Below the pieces are notes generated by a model, which was not told the origin of the DNA, ran no database searches, and was given only the letters and a program-made list of their open reading frames with translations. Position numbers and translations under genes: made by a program. Positions 16,765 to 30,800 of a stretch of 64,000 nucleotides of DNA are shown here, piece after piece (position 1 is the first letter of the stretch; every line of letters starts with the position of its first letter). The DNA is taken from the NCBI RefSeq assembly GCF_008831285.2, contig NC_045138.2, forward strand, positions 6,882,001 through 6,946,000, given 5' to 3'. This DNA comes from Nymphaea colorata (Eukaryota).

Positions 16765-19700
16765 CACTCTCTCTTAATGAGACTTTGTTATTTATTTGAA
16801 TTATTTTCATGTAACTGTACGTGTTTGTGACTTTGTGTATGTCACTCTACATAATGACATTTGTTTGTTGCATTTTGTTGGTTTCTATATTTTCTTGTTT
16901 TTTTCTTTTTCTTATACTAAAGTGCTCTAGGCTACTTATAGTCCACATCTTCCAATTAAGTTAAAAGCATATTTGGATGTACTTTCAAGGAATCTGATTA
17001 GTCTCAAGAATAAGTTGTCTAGAAGCTACTAGTTACAAAAAGTAGATTCTTCAACCCTGATCCAAAACTAAGCACTCATTGAAAATTGTGGTCAATATTT
17101 AGAAATATTCTTTGATGAAAACTTGCATGCATTTTACAACAGACACAAAATCATTTCCAGCAATTTGGAGAAGCGGTTTTTCTTGGAAGTTTCTCAATAG
17201 TTTTCCTTGGAAGTTTCTCAATAGTTTTCCTTGGGAAAACCTTGAAAATTTCAAAAAATTAAAAAATATAGAGGATAATAGAAAAAATGATGGTTTACTA
17301 TTGTACTTAGAAAAAATATTCAAAAAAACATTTTAAATTACATAAAAGATAAAAAATAAATATTTGAGTTCTGTTAAAAAAAAGTAAATATTGTGATTTA
17401 CCAAATAGTTAGTTTCTGGTGATATTTTTGAAATATAATTAGTTTTAACTGCTTCAAAATTGTGTAATATCTCCACGCTTTCAAAATATCAGCAATATTA
17501 TGCCATGGATTCTATATGCAGAAACCCAAGAATACAAGATATTATACATCATTTTTATGATCTATAGTTCAAAGTTTATGAACCAAGTAAATAGAGACCA
17601 TTAAGTTTTTGACATATTCAAATATGATGAATGCATCAGAAAATTAGACACCGTATTGATTCTAAGATCTTTCAACATGTAGATCATATATGCATGATTA
17701 TATTTGTGAAAAAGCGAAATGGTTTTAGGGCTGACATTATTATATGGCAGGATCAAATGATCGCTATATCTCAATTTGCATGTTTTCAGCAAACAAAGCA
17801 AGAGTTACAATTTTTCTGCAAATGAAGCGTATGCTTTAGCTGGTCTGACAAAAAATATGATGCTTTGGGAACGTAACCATGTATACATATTGTAGTACCT
17901 CTGCATCCTCAACTGAGTTGACAATTAGTGCTCCGTCCAAGAAAAGATCCTCGATGAAAATATTGGGGCCCTTCAAGACAAAGGTGGACCTTTGGGAGAT
18001 TCTGCAGCTCCTAACTTTTCTTTTCACATCTGCAAAAGTGATGGCCCATTTAGGTTTCCATGCAACCCGTGGCCAGACTTCCACCTCCTGCCCATTGTAT
18101 ACTTCAAGCTTGGGGTCTTCAATGTGTCCACCTGCCTGGTATCCAAAAATATTCAGCAAGTTGTGGATCTTTGCAACCCAGTTTAAGGTGACGTCTTATA
18201 AAGAAACATGTTCGCAAATAAAGAGCTCAGTCTGAAGATTCAAGAAAACCTTACAAGGCCATAATGTTGAGCACATATAAATCCTTTCATTCTTTTCAAG
18301 GCATCAGAAACAAATCTCTTAACAGTTAACACTATGCACAGTCAAACAATATATGGTGAACATTAAGATCCTTGTTTCAAATAATGTTGACCATATATAT
18401 ATAAATCATTTCCATTTTTTCTGGATTAAACTATGAAAGTAACCTTAACTGCAGGAGTCCATTTCTATTCAAGCCTACAGCCATGTTCGTAGCTCCTTTC
18501 ATCCCCATATACTTCCATGACAAATAGGTCAAACTATAACTGGGCATGGAACGGAAATCATTATTTGACATGCAAACTGAAATGTTACAAATGTAATGCT
18601 TAAATAAATACAAAGACATAATATAACCATGACTTGGTGAGATTAATTCACCAAGAACATTTAAAAGCTAATGGAAAGATCATTCTCACAATTTCTTACA
18701 AATATTGGATGTGTGATGTAAAGGCCAAGCATTTTTACCCAAGCTAATAAGATTACTCGGAAAAACTATTTCACCAATGATAGAATTGAAGGAAATGTTT
18801 TTCTTTTTTTTTCCTCTGAAAATATCCATACAAGGTTTTTTATTTTCGCTGCTAATTCTTCGGTTTTAGATTGTCCTTCAAGAAGCTGAAGATCTAGGTT
18901 ATCAAAATGGGTGCATACTGAAGATAAGAACTTAAGACGAGAACTTGAGAACCTGGCATTCTAAGAGATTGTAATACAGCATGCCACTCCCAGTTGTTTT
19001 TTGTAATAATCAAGAATAATATCCAATAACATGAGCCTGCCATATAAACTGGTTTCAGAAAGAGCAGCCTAAACTTTATTAAATATTTTGCTTGCATACT
19101 TCAGTGAAATTAATATTATTACTGTAATCTGAAGAAAAATTTCTTTGTAGCTACCTTTCTCAAAATGAGGCTATTGGCCCTGTATATGGCCATCTCTCCA
19201 GTTGTTGCACTATGGTGTGGGTTTCCTTTAGGAACCTGTAATTGGATCAAACAAAGGAAATGCATAGAAGTTAGTGGATGGATGATAAAATGGATCCTAA
19301 GAACCTCTTCCAGGAAACAGTTTCCGTTCCTAAGCTCAACATGTAGAATGAACCATGTCAACAGACAGAGTCTAACTTCACTAATTGCTGCAAGATCCCA
19401 ACGTTACAAGTTTGTATAAGATTACAGGCAGGAATATATTTGCTTTTTGGATGAGCATCAATCAAGTACATATAATGGAAAGGTGATCTTTACAAATACA
19501 CCACATTATTGGCAGTCAATGGCACACCATATGGTTCAAATAGATGCTAATAAACAACTCTCAAGCTCATATTTGAGTAAAAATCACGTAATAAACATAG
19601 AAAGCGGCAAACTCAACAACTATCAACTACCAAGCAATTGTTAAATCGCTGGAATACATACAAGTGCAAAAACATGAAAAAACACATATGCAGAGGCCAG

Positions 19701-22700
19701 GAGACTCCTCCAGTTCAGTCCTTTCTTTTTTTTCTTGAAGAGTCTGCAGGAGATGCTATTTTAAAGTACAGTTTCCACACAATTATATGCTTAAGCCTTC
19801 CAAGACTTCTCTGGTTGAAAATTTGATCCCATTATCTACCTAGTTTTAGATCAGAATTGCATTATACTAGCTCGAGTTGTCATGCAAGCAGCGCCACTGA
19901 CTGTTATATCTCATTTTATGGATCAGATGCTCCTACTTAGATCTAAATCTAGCTTATCATTAGAAGATCCACAGGAGACCATTACCACAGGGTACAGAAG
20001 GCAGGTTGAGGTCGGTTCTAAAGTTTGCTCTTCTGCAAAAGGGCCATCCCAAGAGATTGAATCAGCATCACATGCAGGACATTTGAACCTATTACCACTG
20101 CCTCAAGTATTTTTTTTAACCCTCTAATAACTTTTTCATATTCAATAAATTGATCAAAAGAGTTGTAATATTTCTTCAAGAAAATGGATAATTACAGATA
20201 TCGTGCATTACATTTGAGAAGCTTTTTCACTGCTGAAACAACAATGAGAAGATGCATTAAAAACTAATGCTGTGGCAACCCAATGTATTACATAAAGCAG
20301 TTATCACAACCACTTCGTTAAAGTGCAACATGGATTCAACCAACAGGACTGTATGGATGGAACAGATCCTATATTTATAACTTCTTTTCCGATCATCAGT
20401 CTTAGACTATTAGTTAAAGTTGGGGGTACTTTGTCTCGTTTTTAACCAATAAAACAAAAAATGGCTGTTATGCAATGAAACCATGTATAATGGTGTGTAT
20501 ACACATGCATGTGTTCCTGTCCCAATGTAGGAATTACATGTCATACCCTTCCCACCAGTCACAGCTATTGAAAACGGAATTTTTGCAATAAAATGTTGTT
20601 CATCAAATTGTCAGATTAGAAAAAAAAAAAAAAAATCCCTGCCGAAAATATTTCAATGTGCATAAATAATGCAAAAGAAAAACATGGCTAAACAAATAAC
20701 ATCAGCAACACATACTGCTAGAATGCATTTCAAATTGTTTCAAAGCAAATATATGCAACAAGAACCTAATTGAAAGAAGAGTTTAGTAATGGATCAGTTT
20801 AAGTTGTAATGACGAAAGATGTACCTTGGCAGCATCTTTAGGGTTGTTCTTCACAGGTGCATAAGCCAGCCATGTGTCCATCACCTAAAGGACAGAAACT
20901 AGCCCATACTCAAAAAAAATTACATAGAAAGTGGGCAGTAGAAACTAGGAACCTAACAAGTGTTACCTAAAATCATTTTAGAAAAAATCAATTATTTTTA
21001 TTTAGAAACAACTGGACAAGACAGAAAGTACAAGTGTGCACGAGAGTGACAATTACTTGCTAAAGTGCTAAGAACAAAAAACTTTCAACCAGAATGAGGC
21101 TTATTCCAGCGTATCAAAGTTACCTTCATCATATCTGGATTCACATATTACAACAACACACTAATGAAAAAATGAAAACAACAAAGCAGCATAAACCAAA
21201 AGAAGGATGAGCTCCTTCAATGTTTTCTCCAGAATCTGGACCACATATTATTTTTAAGCATTGTATGAATTTCACAATCTATTGCAGTAAGAAAACCTCA
21301 CCGAGGCCATCAGACAGTTGATAACCTCTGATGAAAAGTTCCATTTCTAGGGTATAACACCTCCAAAAAATTTCAGGAAAATATCCTGGCCATATTATTC
21401 CTCTTCAGCACAAGAGATACATAAGCAATCACATGTTCCAGAAACATTTTGTAGCAGTAGAAAAAGAAAATGTTGCATCAAAGATCTGCATCAGAGCACA
21501 ATGTTGCAGAAAAAATATCCCAGCCAATTCATTCCCCTTTAGCACAAGAGGTACATAAGCAACCATGTGTTTGAAAAGATTTCATAGGAGTGGAAAATGA
21601 AACTGCTGCATTGACGCCATGCATCCAAATTGGCAGAGATTTTGCAGCATGTACTAACCGTAAAACCAACACTGGCTGTCGGAGGTAATGTCTTTGGATA
21701 ATCTTGCATCATACATTCCAAACGAGTTGAGGATTTAAATGATGTTTTTGTGGAATCTTTATACCTGAAAAATCATGATTGATGAGATGTAAGAAGGGGA
21801 CAAAGACAATGATATTAGCCATAAAGTTTATTCACATGCTTGGATGTACTCAAAGAGCATCAAGGACGTTATCAACATTTTACACCATATTGCCATGAAA
21901 ATGTAGGAGGAAAAAGTACCGGTAACTGGAAAATATCTAGCATTGGGTTTAAAATACATAAAATTGATTATTTCCCAAAGGAAAAAAATCACTTCGCTGT
22001 GGAGTAAAAAAGATACCACTAAATGAAAGACGATGGTCATAAAGAACACACCTTTTTTGTTTTCAGAACACATGAATTCAAAAAGATCTTAGAAAATTTA
22101 AACTTGTTGGGATTTGACATACAATGCATAAAGAGCAAAAGATCATTATGTAAGAATCCTTTGTGCTACTCCTTAAAATACTGAATTCTTTAAGCCAGCC
22201 AAACAAACAATTGTAGGAGACTAGGAGTGCCAGGATTTTAGAGTAACAATCAGACGTGATCTATAAAATACACTATAAAAGAAGATTATAAATAGTCCAA
22301 ACCTAGAACGGAACAAGCAACTATAGGAGTGCCACTGTGCCAGGATTTTAGAGTAACAATCAGACGTGATCTATGAAATGCACTATAAAAGCCAACTATA
22401 AATAGTCCAAGCCTAGAACAGGTGCTAGACTCTGACAACCATAAATTGTCTTAAAATTGTGGAACTAAGTCTGCTTGAATGAATAAAATAAGTAGAAGTA
22501 AAATTTTCCAGCAGGAACAGGAAGGCCTCAAATTCGCCCAACTACCAGCTGGGATGATGTCCAGAAAGACTTGTGGCCATGTATAAAGGAAAAAAAAAAG
22601 ATTATGTTTAAGTAGCTCCACATTCAAGTAATCAATCACCAGGTAGAATAATACCAGGAGAATAACAAGCAACAAATGCGAAATAGAATTTACAGTTGGA

Positions 22701-24544
22701 ACAAGGTCAATGTGTGGTAAATGTGACGTAGTTATAGATCATGGAAATAAAGCTTAAGCCATACATAACAGGATAGATTGTTGGATTTATAAGAAAAGAG
22801 GAAGCAGCTCCATAAACCAGAAGCATCATTACCCCCTTTCAAGTTTCTATGAAGTTTTTTAATATTTGAGCTTCTAATTGTGTATTTTCAGTTCAATGAC
22901 CAAAAACAATTTTTGTTTCCTTTTCTACATAAGCAGCATATTGCAACCCAAGTAGGACTGAGTTTCTCAGTCCATCTAAAACTTAAATGAATGTAAGATG
23001 AACTTCTTGAACCTGATATTTTCAAAAATGTAACATTAGATCCTAGAACTTCTGAAAATTGATGAGTAGACCTACTCAGAGCATAAAGCTACTCAAGAGT
23101 CAGAAAAGAGAAGTGCATAAGCTTCAGGAAATATTACTTTGGATTCACAAACTCTGCGATTGCACCATTAGTTTTTTGCAGTTCATCCATATATGGACTA
23201 AGTTCAAGTATAAGCTGCATCAAAAACCACATGCCTCAAGTTATTTTGTCATCATCATCTGAGATGAAGAATATCAATAGTAACACAAACACATATTAAA
23301 AAATTGGACGGATCATGGCTTATCAATCAAGGCTTATGGTCAGCATGTGTCAATATCTAAATTACAAACTAGAGTGGGAATAGAATGCTTCCAGACTCTA
23401 AAAATTCAATAAACTGTGAACCATTTCTCATGAGAAGGATGTAAGAAATTCAAGCACCAATATCTGAGTTCTGAAATCAGCATTCACGCAGGAATATAGA
23501 GAGAGAAAGAGTGAATAAGAAGAAGATGAGAAGAAGAAGCCATGACCAAAATGGTTTGCACCGCCTCTATTTATAATCTCATTTCCAGAATTCTAAGAGT
23601 CTCCAATTGTAGAATCCTAGGAGATTTCACAAGCTACAAGGACATTAATTACATCATAGAATCCTAGGAGACTTCACATATTACAAGGATATTAACTACA
23701 ACATAGAATCCTAGGAGACTCTTCATATGTTACAAGGACATTAAATATCTTAACACATTTTACAAGGATGTGGAATCCTAAAGACTCCTCTTCAACGTGC
23801 TGGTGAAGGATTTATAGTTTAACAAAGGAAAAGCATCATGAAAGTGAAATCATCAAGATTACCTGATTTATGTTACCAGGGAAAGGCGAATAACCAGTTT
23901 CATCATTCACATCTCCATCAGGATGCCCAGTGGCACGAAGTAAAGGATCAAGCTGATTATACTCCACATTGATTACCATGGTCCTACCTGATACACAACA
24001 AGTAGTCAAGTTCTAGAACTAAAAGTGAGTATGCATTTGTACGCAGATATTTCATGTCAAATTGATGTCTCGGACACTTTACATGGTTTAGACATGGCAA
24101 AGATTGAAAAGTTAAGACACCTGAACATGGCTATAATACACACACACACACATATGATAGGAGATTAAAAGAAAGGAGTAGTGTGTGTACACTTCTTTCA
24201 TTTATGGTTAGGATGGAATAAGGGGCATGACTCGAACACCTAACTGCTTTCCATTTTTCTTTTTCAATTAAAAGGAAGAGTCTCCTTCTTCTGTCCCGCC
24301 AAAAAAAAAAAAAGAGGGTCAACCATTGCCCTAGTAGTGACATTATCAGGTTTAAAGAAGTGTTGGACTCAGATGCTTCAGGTTTAAAGTGTCTCTGCAT
24401 TGGTTACGTATCTTTGTATTATCCCACAGCCCAATCTATTGAAAACCTTGTCCCATGGCAGTTGTAGCCTGGTTAGTTATGCATATCAAACAATCTACTA
24501 CTTGGATAGACATCTTATTTACTGAAATCTATGTAACCTTGAAA

Positions 24545-24590
<46 letters not shown>

Positions 24591-25371
24591 TTATTTATTT
24601 ATTTATTTATTTATATTTATATTTATATTTATACTTTTATATTTAAGATATATACTAATATACATACTTATGGATTTTATCTCATTTTTGCATTTTCCTT
24701 TTTTATGTATTTTATTTTTCTGCTTTTATTTTAGGTCAAGCATGGGTTTTGAGAAGCTGGGCTGGCAGTTCGCTAGTCCCAATAGCTAGATTTCCAGCCA
24801 TTGGATCTGATTGACTGGCTGCCCCAGCCTTGCCTTGTTGTATATAAGGCCAATTTTGATGGCTTCCTGAAAATCAGAATGCAGTTTTGAGATGCATCAG
24901 ACAAGTGAGAAGGAAATTTTGCTTGCTTCCCGATGTATCCAGAAAATTGGGTGAAGAAAGTTGGCTCGACCTTGAAAGGGTCTGACTTTCTTCACGTGCT
25001 TAACCAGTCAATCAAGGATTTCTCTGTTTCAGCTGCTTCCACCATTGCTCGCTGCCGCTATCTGTTGTCGATTGCAGATTTGCCATTGCCTTGGCATTAG
25101 GCATCATACGGATCTCACTGTTGTTAGTAGTCACAAGGCACCATTATTAGCTACGGGTGTTACAAGGATCTGCTGCTATCACTATCGCTACTCGCATAAA
25201 AAGAGGGTCTGACTACTGCCACAGATCACATCCCACCACTGCTTCAAGAAACGTATTCCATAAGCCCTGTTGTCTCACAGCATCCGGATCTTAAAAATCC
25301 TGAAACCCATCTGCAACGTACCCATTTCCATAATGAATTCAAGCTTCTCGCTCTCTTTCTCTCTCTCTCTG

Positions 25372-25408
<37 letters not shown>

Positions 25409-27770
25409 ACACAGGTGTGGCTTGGAGGGTAGCGTGTTGGTGTCGACTCGGCCCAACATGGGTTCGGGTACAGACACACAGATATGCTGCGTCCTGCTCT
25501 TTAACCGAGTCCAAGGACGTATCCATCCATTTTATGACACGGTCAGCGCTGAACGACTCCAATTCCATCTGCCTTCTAGGTTTTTTTTTTTTTCCTTTGT
25601 TTTGTTTTTCTTTCGCCATCCTTCCCTTCCGACCTCCTGTTCACTGCTGCGCTCCCCCTTCCAAGCGTCCTCAACCAACCTCGTGTTCTCTACTGCGCTC
25701 CCCCTCATTGGTGGCATCACACACAATTCTGGCGTCAGGTAACCCACCAAACTCCTCTGCTTTTGCCCATACCTACTCCTTATGCTTCTTCTTTCTACCT
25801 TCAGTTCCCTGTGTTCTGTTCCATTCAGCCGACTACGCCCAACCAACAAATCAATGACAATACATTTGTTGGATGAAATGGAACTTCATATTTATTTAAT
25901 TTGTTAAATTTTAGATCTTGTATCCAATTTTGAGATCAAACTTGACTTGAATTGATGAATCATCATTGAAATGGTGAATAATACATTTTAGTTTGTTTAA
26001 AATCTTAGTAAATGTATTTTTCCATATTATTTAATATATGTGTGTGTGTGGGTGTGTGTGTGTGTGTGCGCGCGCATATGTGTGTGTGCGCGCGCGCATA
26101 TGTGTGTGCACGCTTGTGCATGTGTTTTGCAGGCTGATTTGCTTGCCATCCACAGGATCTAGGCGAAGAGGTTTTCACAATTCACTATTGCTACTCGCAT
26201 GGAAAGGGCTTTCTTGACAACTTATCATTGTATCATAAAGTTGTGCTGCCACTATCTCATGGTTGGCTACTAGTCCTAGTTGGGCTAGTCTGTCAGCAGA
26301 CCCGCAAAAGGTCCAGCAGGCCCATAAGGGCCCAAGCGAAGCTCTTCCCTTGGCTCGGGAACAAACAGGCTGGGCCAGACCAGGGATTATATGGGACACA
26401 AGCTAGGAAATCTGTCTAATACCTGCCTGATACAATTTAAATTAATCGAGGCAGATCCAACTATTAAAAAGATACTATATAGTCAAAGAGGGAAAATGGG
26501 GAAATTCCTTTAAAAGTGTGGTATTTTCGAAAAAAAAGCGTAAAAAAGCGAAAAAGATTTTTTTTTTCAAAAAAATGGTCAAAAAGAAAAAAATGAATTT
26601 TTTCGTGTCTTTTTAGATGCTTTGTTTGGCTGACGGTGGCATTGCTTGTAATTTTTAAAGACTTTTAATGGTAGATACAGAATAATTTTAATAAAAGCTA
26701 AAACTTAAAAATTAAAAGCAAACAAAGGAATGTTAAAAACTTAAAAAGTTAAAAGCTTCCATCAACAAAGAGGAAAACTTAGTCAACAAACAGAGGGAAA
26801 ACTCACCATCTATTTAGGGTTTAGTAGATTTCTGACTTCCGACGAGCGTTTCCGACCTGCAAACTCACTGACGTTTATCCTTTGGGTGATTTCTGGTGAG
26901 CGGCAGTCACAGGCCCACAACAGTGGTACTTTCTGGTGGAAAGGTGCATTTTCCAGCACCCAGCAGAAATCCGACTGCAGTCTATGCCCATGGTCTCCAT
27001 CTGCGCTGGATTTTTCAATCTATTTACATTGGATTTTTCAGTTTGCTTTAGATTTTCTGTGTGTTAGAAACTGTCAGTTAGAAACTTTGTGCCTTGGCTG
27101 CCTTGGATTTTTTGTGCATTAGAAAGTTAGATTTCTTGTAAAGCCTTGGATTTGATATGCGTTAGAAACTTAGATTGACATTTCAAATTCTCAAGTAGAT
27201 AAGTTATAACTTATATACGTATATTTCTTTGATTTTCTTTTCTTTGATTTTCTGTGCTTTGAAATAGTTAACACGTCCTGTTTATTTTTTATTTAACCGT
27301 ATTTTTCCCGTTTTTTCCAAGTTCACCGTATTATATGATACCCAAGATCGCTGTTGAAAAACTCCAAAACGTTATCTATGATTATGTTCCTCTGTGATAC
27401 AGGTTATTGCACTTTTACCCCATTTTACAATCAAGGGAGAAGGGAGAGAAAAAGGAGAAAGAGAAACAAAGGGGGATAGAGGGCTGAGAATAGAACAAGC
27501 AAAGAGAGAAGGAAAAGCATGCAATGAAGCAGTGGCCCATACTTACACCTAGGGTTTTCGTACTTCATCCTTAAGCCATCCCGCTCAACCTGTATTATAA
27601 TAGGCATAGGCCTGAGGTCAATTTTTTGACCCATGCCTGGCCTGATGCCTAGTCCTAATTGCCTCACAACATTGCCGAATCCAATAGCAATGCAGACATC
27701 AAAAAAGAGATTTCTCCTTCCATGGGACGTACTACACTACTACTAGTTTACTAATCACCACCAAAGCAAG

Positions 27771-27817
<47 letters not shown>

Positions 27818-30800
27818 GAGTTGTTACTGTGCTTGCTGTCTGCCTTGATCTGACAGCATCAATGGCATAAAAAAAAAATCAATCTCACCATCTTCTGCAG
27901 GACCTGGGTGTTGTCGTCATCCACTACTCCCACCTTAGTGAACTTTTATGTTATTTCTTTGTTGAAGCTCACTATCAAGCCGTAATTTGTAGCTTGATCA
28001 AGTGGTCCTTGAGGAGATTTTTAACATTTATTTTTGCAATATCTGTTCTTATTAGTTCGATATCAGATATTTGATTGCATTCACATGCAATTGAATAATT
28101 TTTTTGTGAGGATGAGGGCTGTCTAGAGACTCAAGACTCATAGTAGCTTGCAACTGAGATGCAAATTAGAGGACATAACCAATCAGCAGTCAGCACTGAC
28201 AGTTGTTAAACATATGACAGCTAATGAATGGAACCACAGCGCTTAACCTCTAAAAAGGTGAAGACAAAGATGTGTCAGTAACATCTAACTATATACATGC
28301 ATATAAAAGAAAAATCTATCCTTTTGTCAAAATTGAAGGCTCAAAACCTAAGATGCCGAATGAAGTCAGGATCAATCTATCTTATCAGGAAAAAGCAAGC
28401 AGAACCATGAAATCATTAACAAAATTAAAGCAGACTTTTGAAGTCTATGTGAAACATGAAACAGAGACCATCTTCAACATTGGAACTTACAAAAATCACT
28501 CATATAAGGCAATAGTTAACAAGACTGTATTTCAAAGAATGCAGCATTCCTCTTACCAAATACACTCATGGTTTAGAACTATAAAATAAGAATGTCTTAG
28601 AAGCATGTGGAAGATGTCCTATGATGTGTGCTTCACACAGCATCTACCTATTATTTTGTGATGTTTATGCCATTCATGTTTTTCATAAAGTGCAAATTTT
28701 TGCCATGTTCTTATTTTTCTTTTCATTTATTCTGAATTTTAAATTTTTGTTGATTTTCAAGTTTGCAAATTAGTTTGCAATTTTTTTATGTTGTGTAATG
28801 TTATAACTTTTGGCCCAACTGATACAGGTAATTACATGTTCCACAACCTTTTTTTAACCCTCTAAATGGTTTGATCATCTCTCTGTTCTTTAGTGAACAT
28901 TGGACATGCTCTTCACCATTCATTTCTTTGTGTTCTTGAAAGATATGACCCGTCTTTTTCTGCTAATTCATTCAAATAGTCAACTTGTCAATAAAGGTTT
29001 CCTTTAAATTGATTTAAACCTTGTGCTCCCATCCATATGGACAAACTTTTCTCTAATATAAACTTGAGTTTCTGATGCTTCATTAATGTGTGCACCACCT
29101 GTGCTTCAACAAGGAAAAGCATGGCTGGAAGACAGTCGCACTTCCAATACCTTTCCACCTCTACCTTTAAGAACTTGGAAAAATAGAAGAAGAAGAAGAA
29201 GAAAGGCAAATTTAGATAACATTACCATCAGCATGAGAGAGTCTTGTGATTCCACCAATAGCTTCTTTGGCTTTGCGTGGGACGGCGAGAGAATTCACAT
29301 GATAGGACTTTGTAGCACTTACACCCAGAGAAGCAGGAATTGCCTGAATATTCCAACAAAAGATTAATATAAAGGTGTCTTCAATTTCTAGAAATGACTG
29401 AATAAAATATAGTGATACAGAACCTTGAAAAGCAGTCCATTTGTATCTTGGAAAAACAAAACCCACTTTAAACCCAATTTACACCTGAAACATCAAACAC
29501 CATTATAATATATTAAAAATGAACTTTCCAAGTTGATCTATTTATGAATACCTGTGTTTTCAAATTATAAAAAGAAACGTAACAGCATTGAAAACAATAT
29601 TAAGTGCTTATCCAACCATACCACTCATTCAGGAGGCCACTAGAATACAGAAGGGCATGCACATCTCCGTGTCCATGTGGTTTTGTCTACCAACAAAGAA
29701 AGAATTTTCAATTTTTTCATGGTTTAGGACCATGTACAACTTGAAGGATGCTGCTAATAGCCTAATACGGATTCAATTTAGGAGTCAGAACTGGGATTAC
29801 CCAGATCCATACTCATTATAGATGTTGGGCACATACAAGGATGTGCTTGTAACAGTAGCATGCACTTAAGGGTATCTTTTGTAACAAAGAGGAGGGTATA
29901 AAATAAAATCAGGGCATGCCCAAACACTTGGCTGCCATGAGTATTTGTGCAACTTTGTGCCTCCGCTTCTGGTCCTTGCTGAAACAGACTCTGGTTAATC
30001 ATCAAAATTCTGAGACTATTGAAACTCAGCTCATGCTATTTTATAAAAAGATGGAGAACGCAGTAAGTCATCGCATTTTCTGCTTTATCCCAGAGCCTGG
30101 ATTACAAAACTAGTTAAGTTGCCATACCTGAATCTTGTATTTGTCATTTGGGTCTAATGCTAGGCTAGCATCATTATCTGCCAAGCATGCGACTTTTTCC
30201 TAGAAAGGAATCAAAAAACACAAGTGAACCTGCTGGACCTCAAGAGACCTTTGAGATGAGTCCGGCCAGCAAACTGGTACCTGCTTGAGGAGTATAACCT
30301 GGGATGAGCTCATCCCAAAGTAAGCATTTGATTCCAAAAGCTTTAGGGTACGGCTATGTGTATCATCAGATGTCATTATGACCAGAGGAATCTGTCGTTG
30401 ACATGAACCTAAAAGCAAAAAACATTAATTTAGTCCAGATTAAGCAAAGATAAGCATAAGAATGGGAAACACGTGAAATGTAAAAGAAAACTCTTAAATA
30501 TAACTATAGAAAATTTAAAAAAGAAAAACACAATATCAAGGAAAAACAAAAATGTGAAAATCACATTCTTCTAAAAATGTGAAAATAAACTTACTGAGTT
30601 TTTTTCGCATATTTTATTTATAAACTGAAGCTCAGGGCATTATCATCATCACAAAAAATTTTAAGAATGAAAAATAGAACGTGATGAATTCCTTTAAGAA
30701 AGGGGCAAAGTTAAACAAGCTAAAAGGGGCATTTTGAACATGCAATTCCTTTTTTAACAGAAAAAGAGAACTTAGAGACATGTCTGAGCTTTTAATCCCC

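Noticed and set aside
23610..23750. Three ~47-bp repeats as a CRISPR-like array
   Set aside because: The intervening sequence is also repeated, so there are no unique spacers; the context is LTR-like.
25244..25857. 195-aa and overlapping ORFs in USP intron 10
   Set aside because: They run through (CT)n/(TA)n microsatellites and MITE fragments; low-complexity translations.
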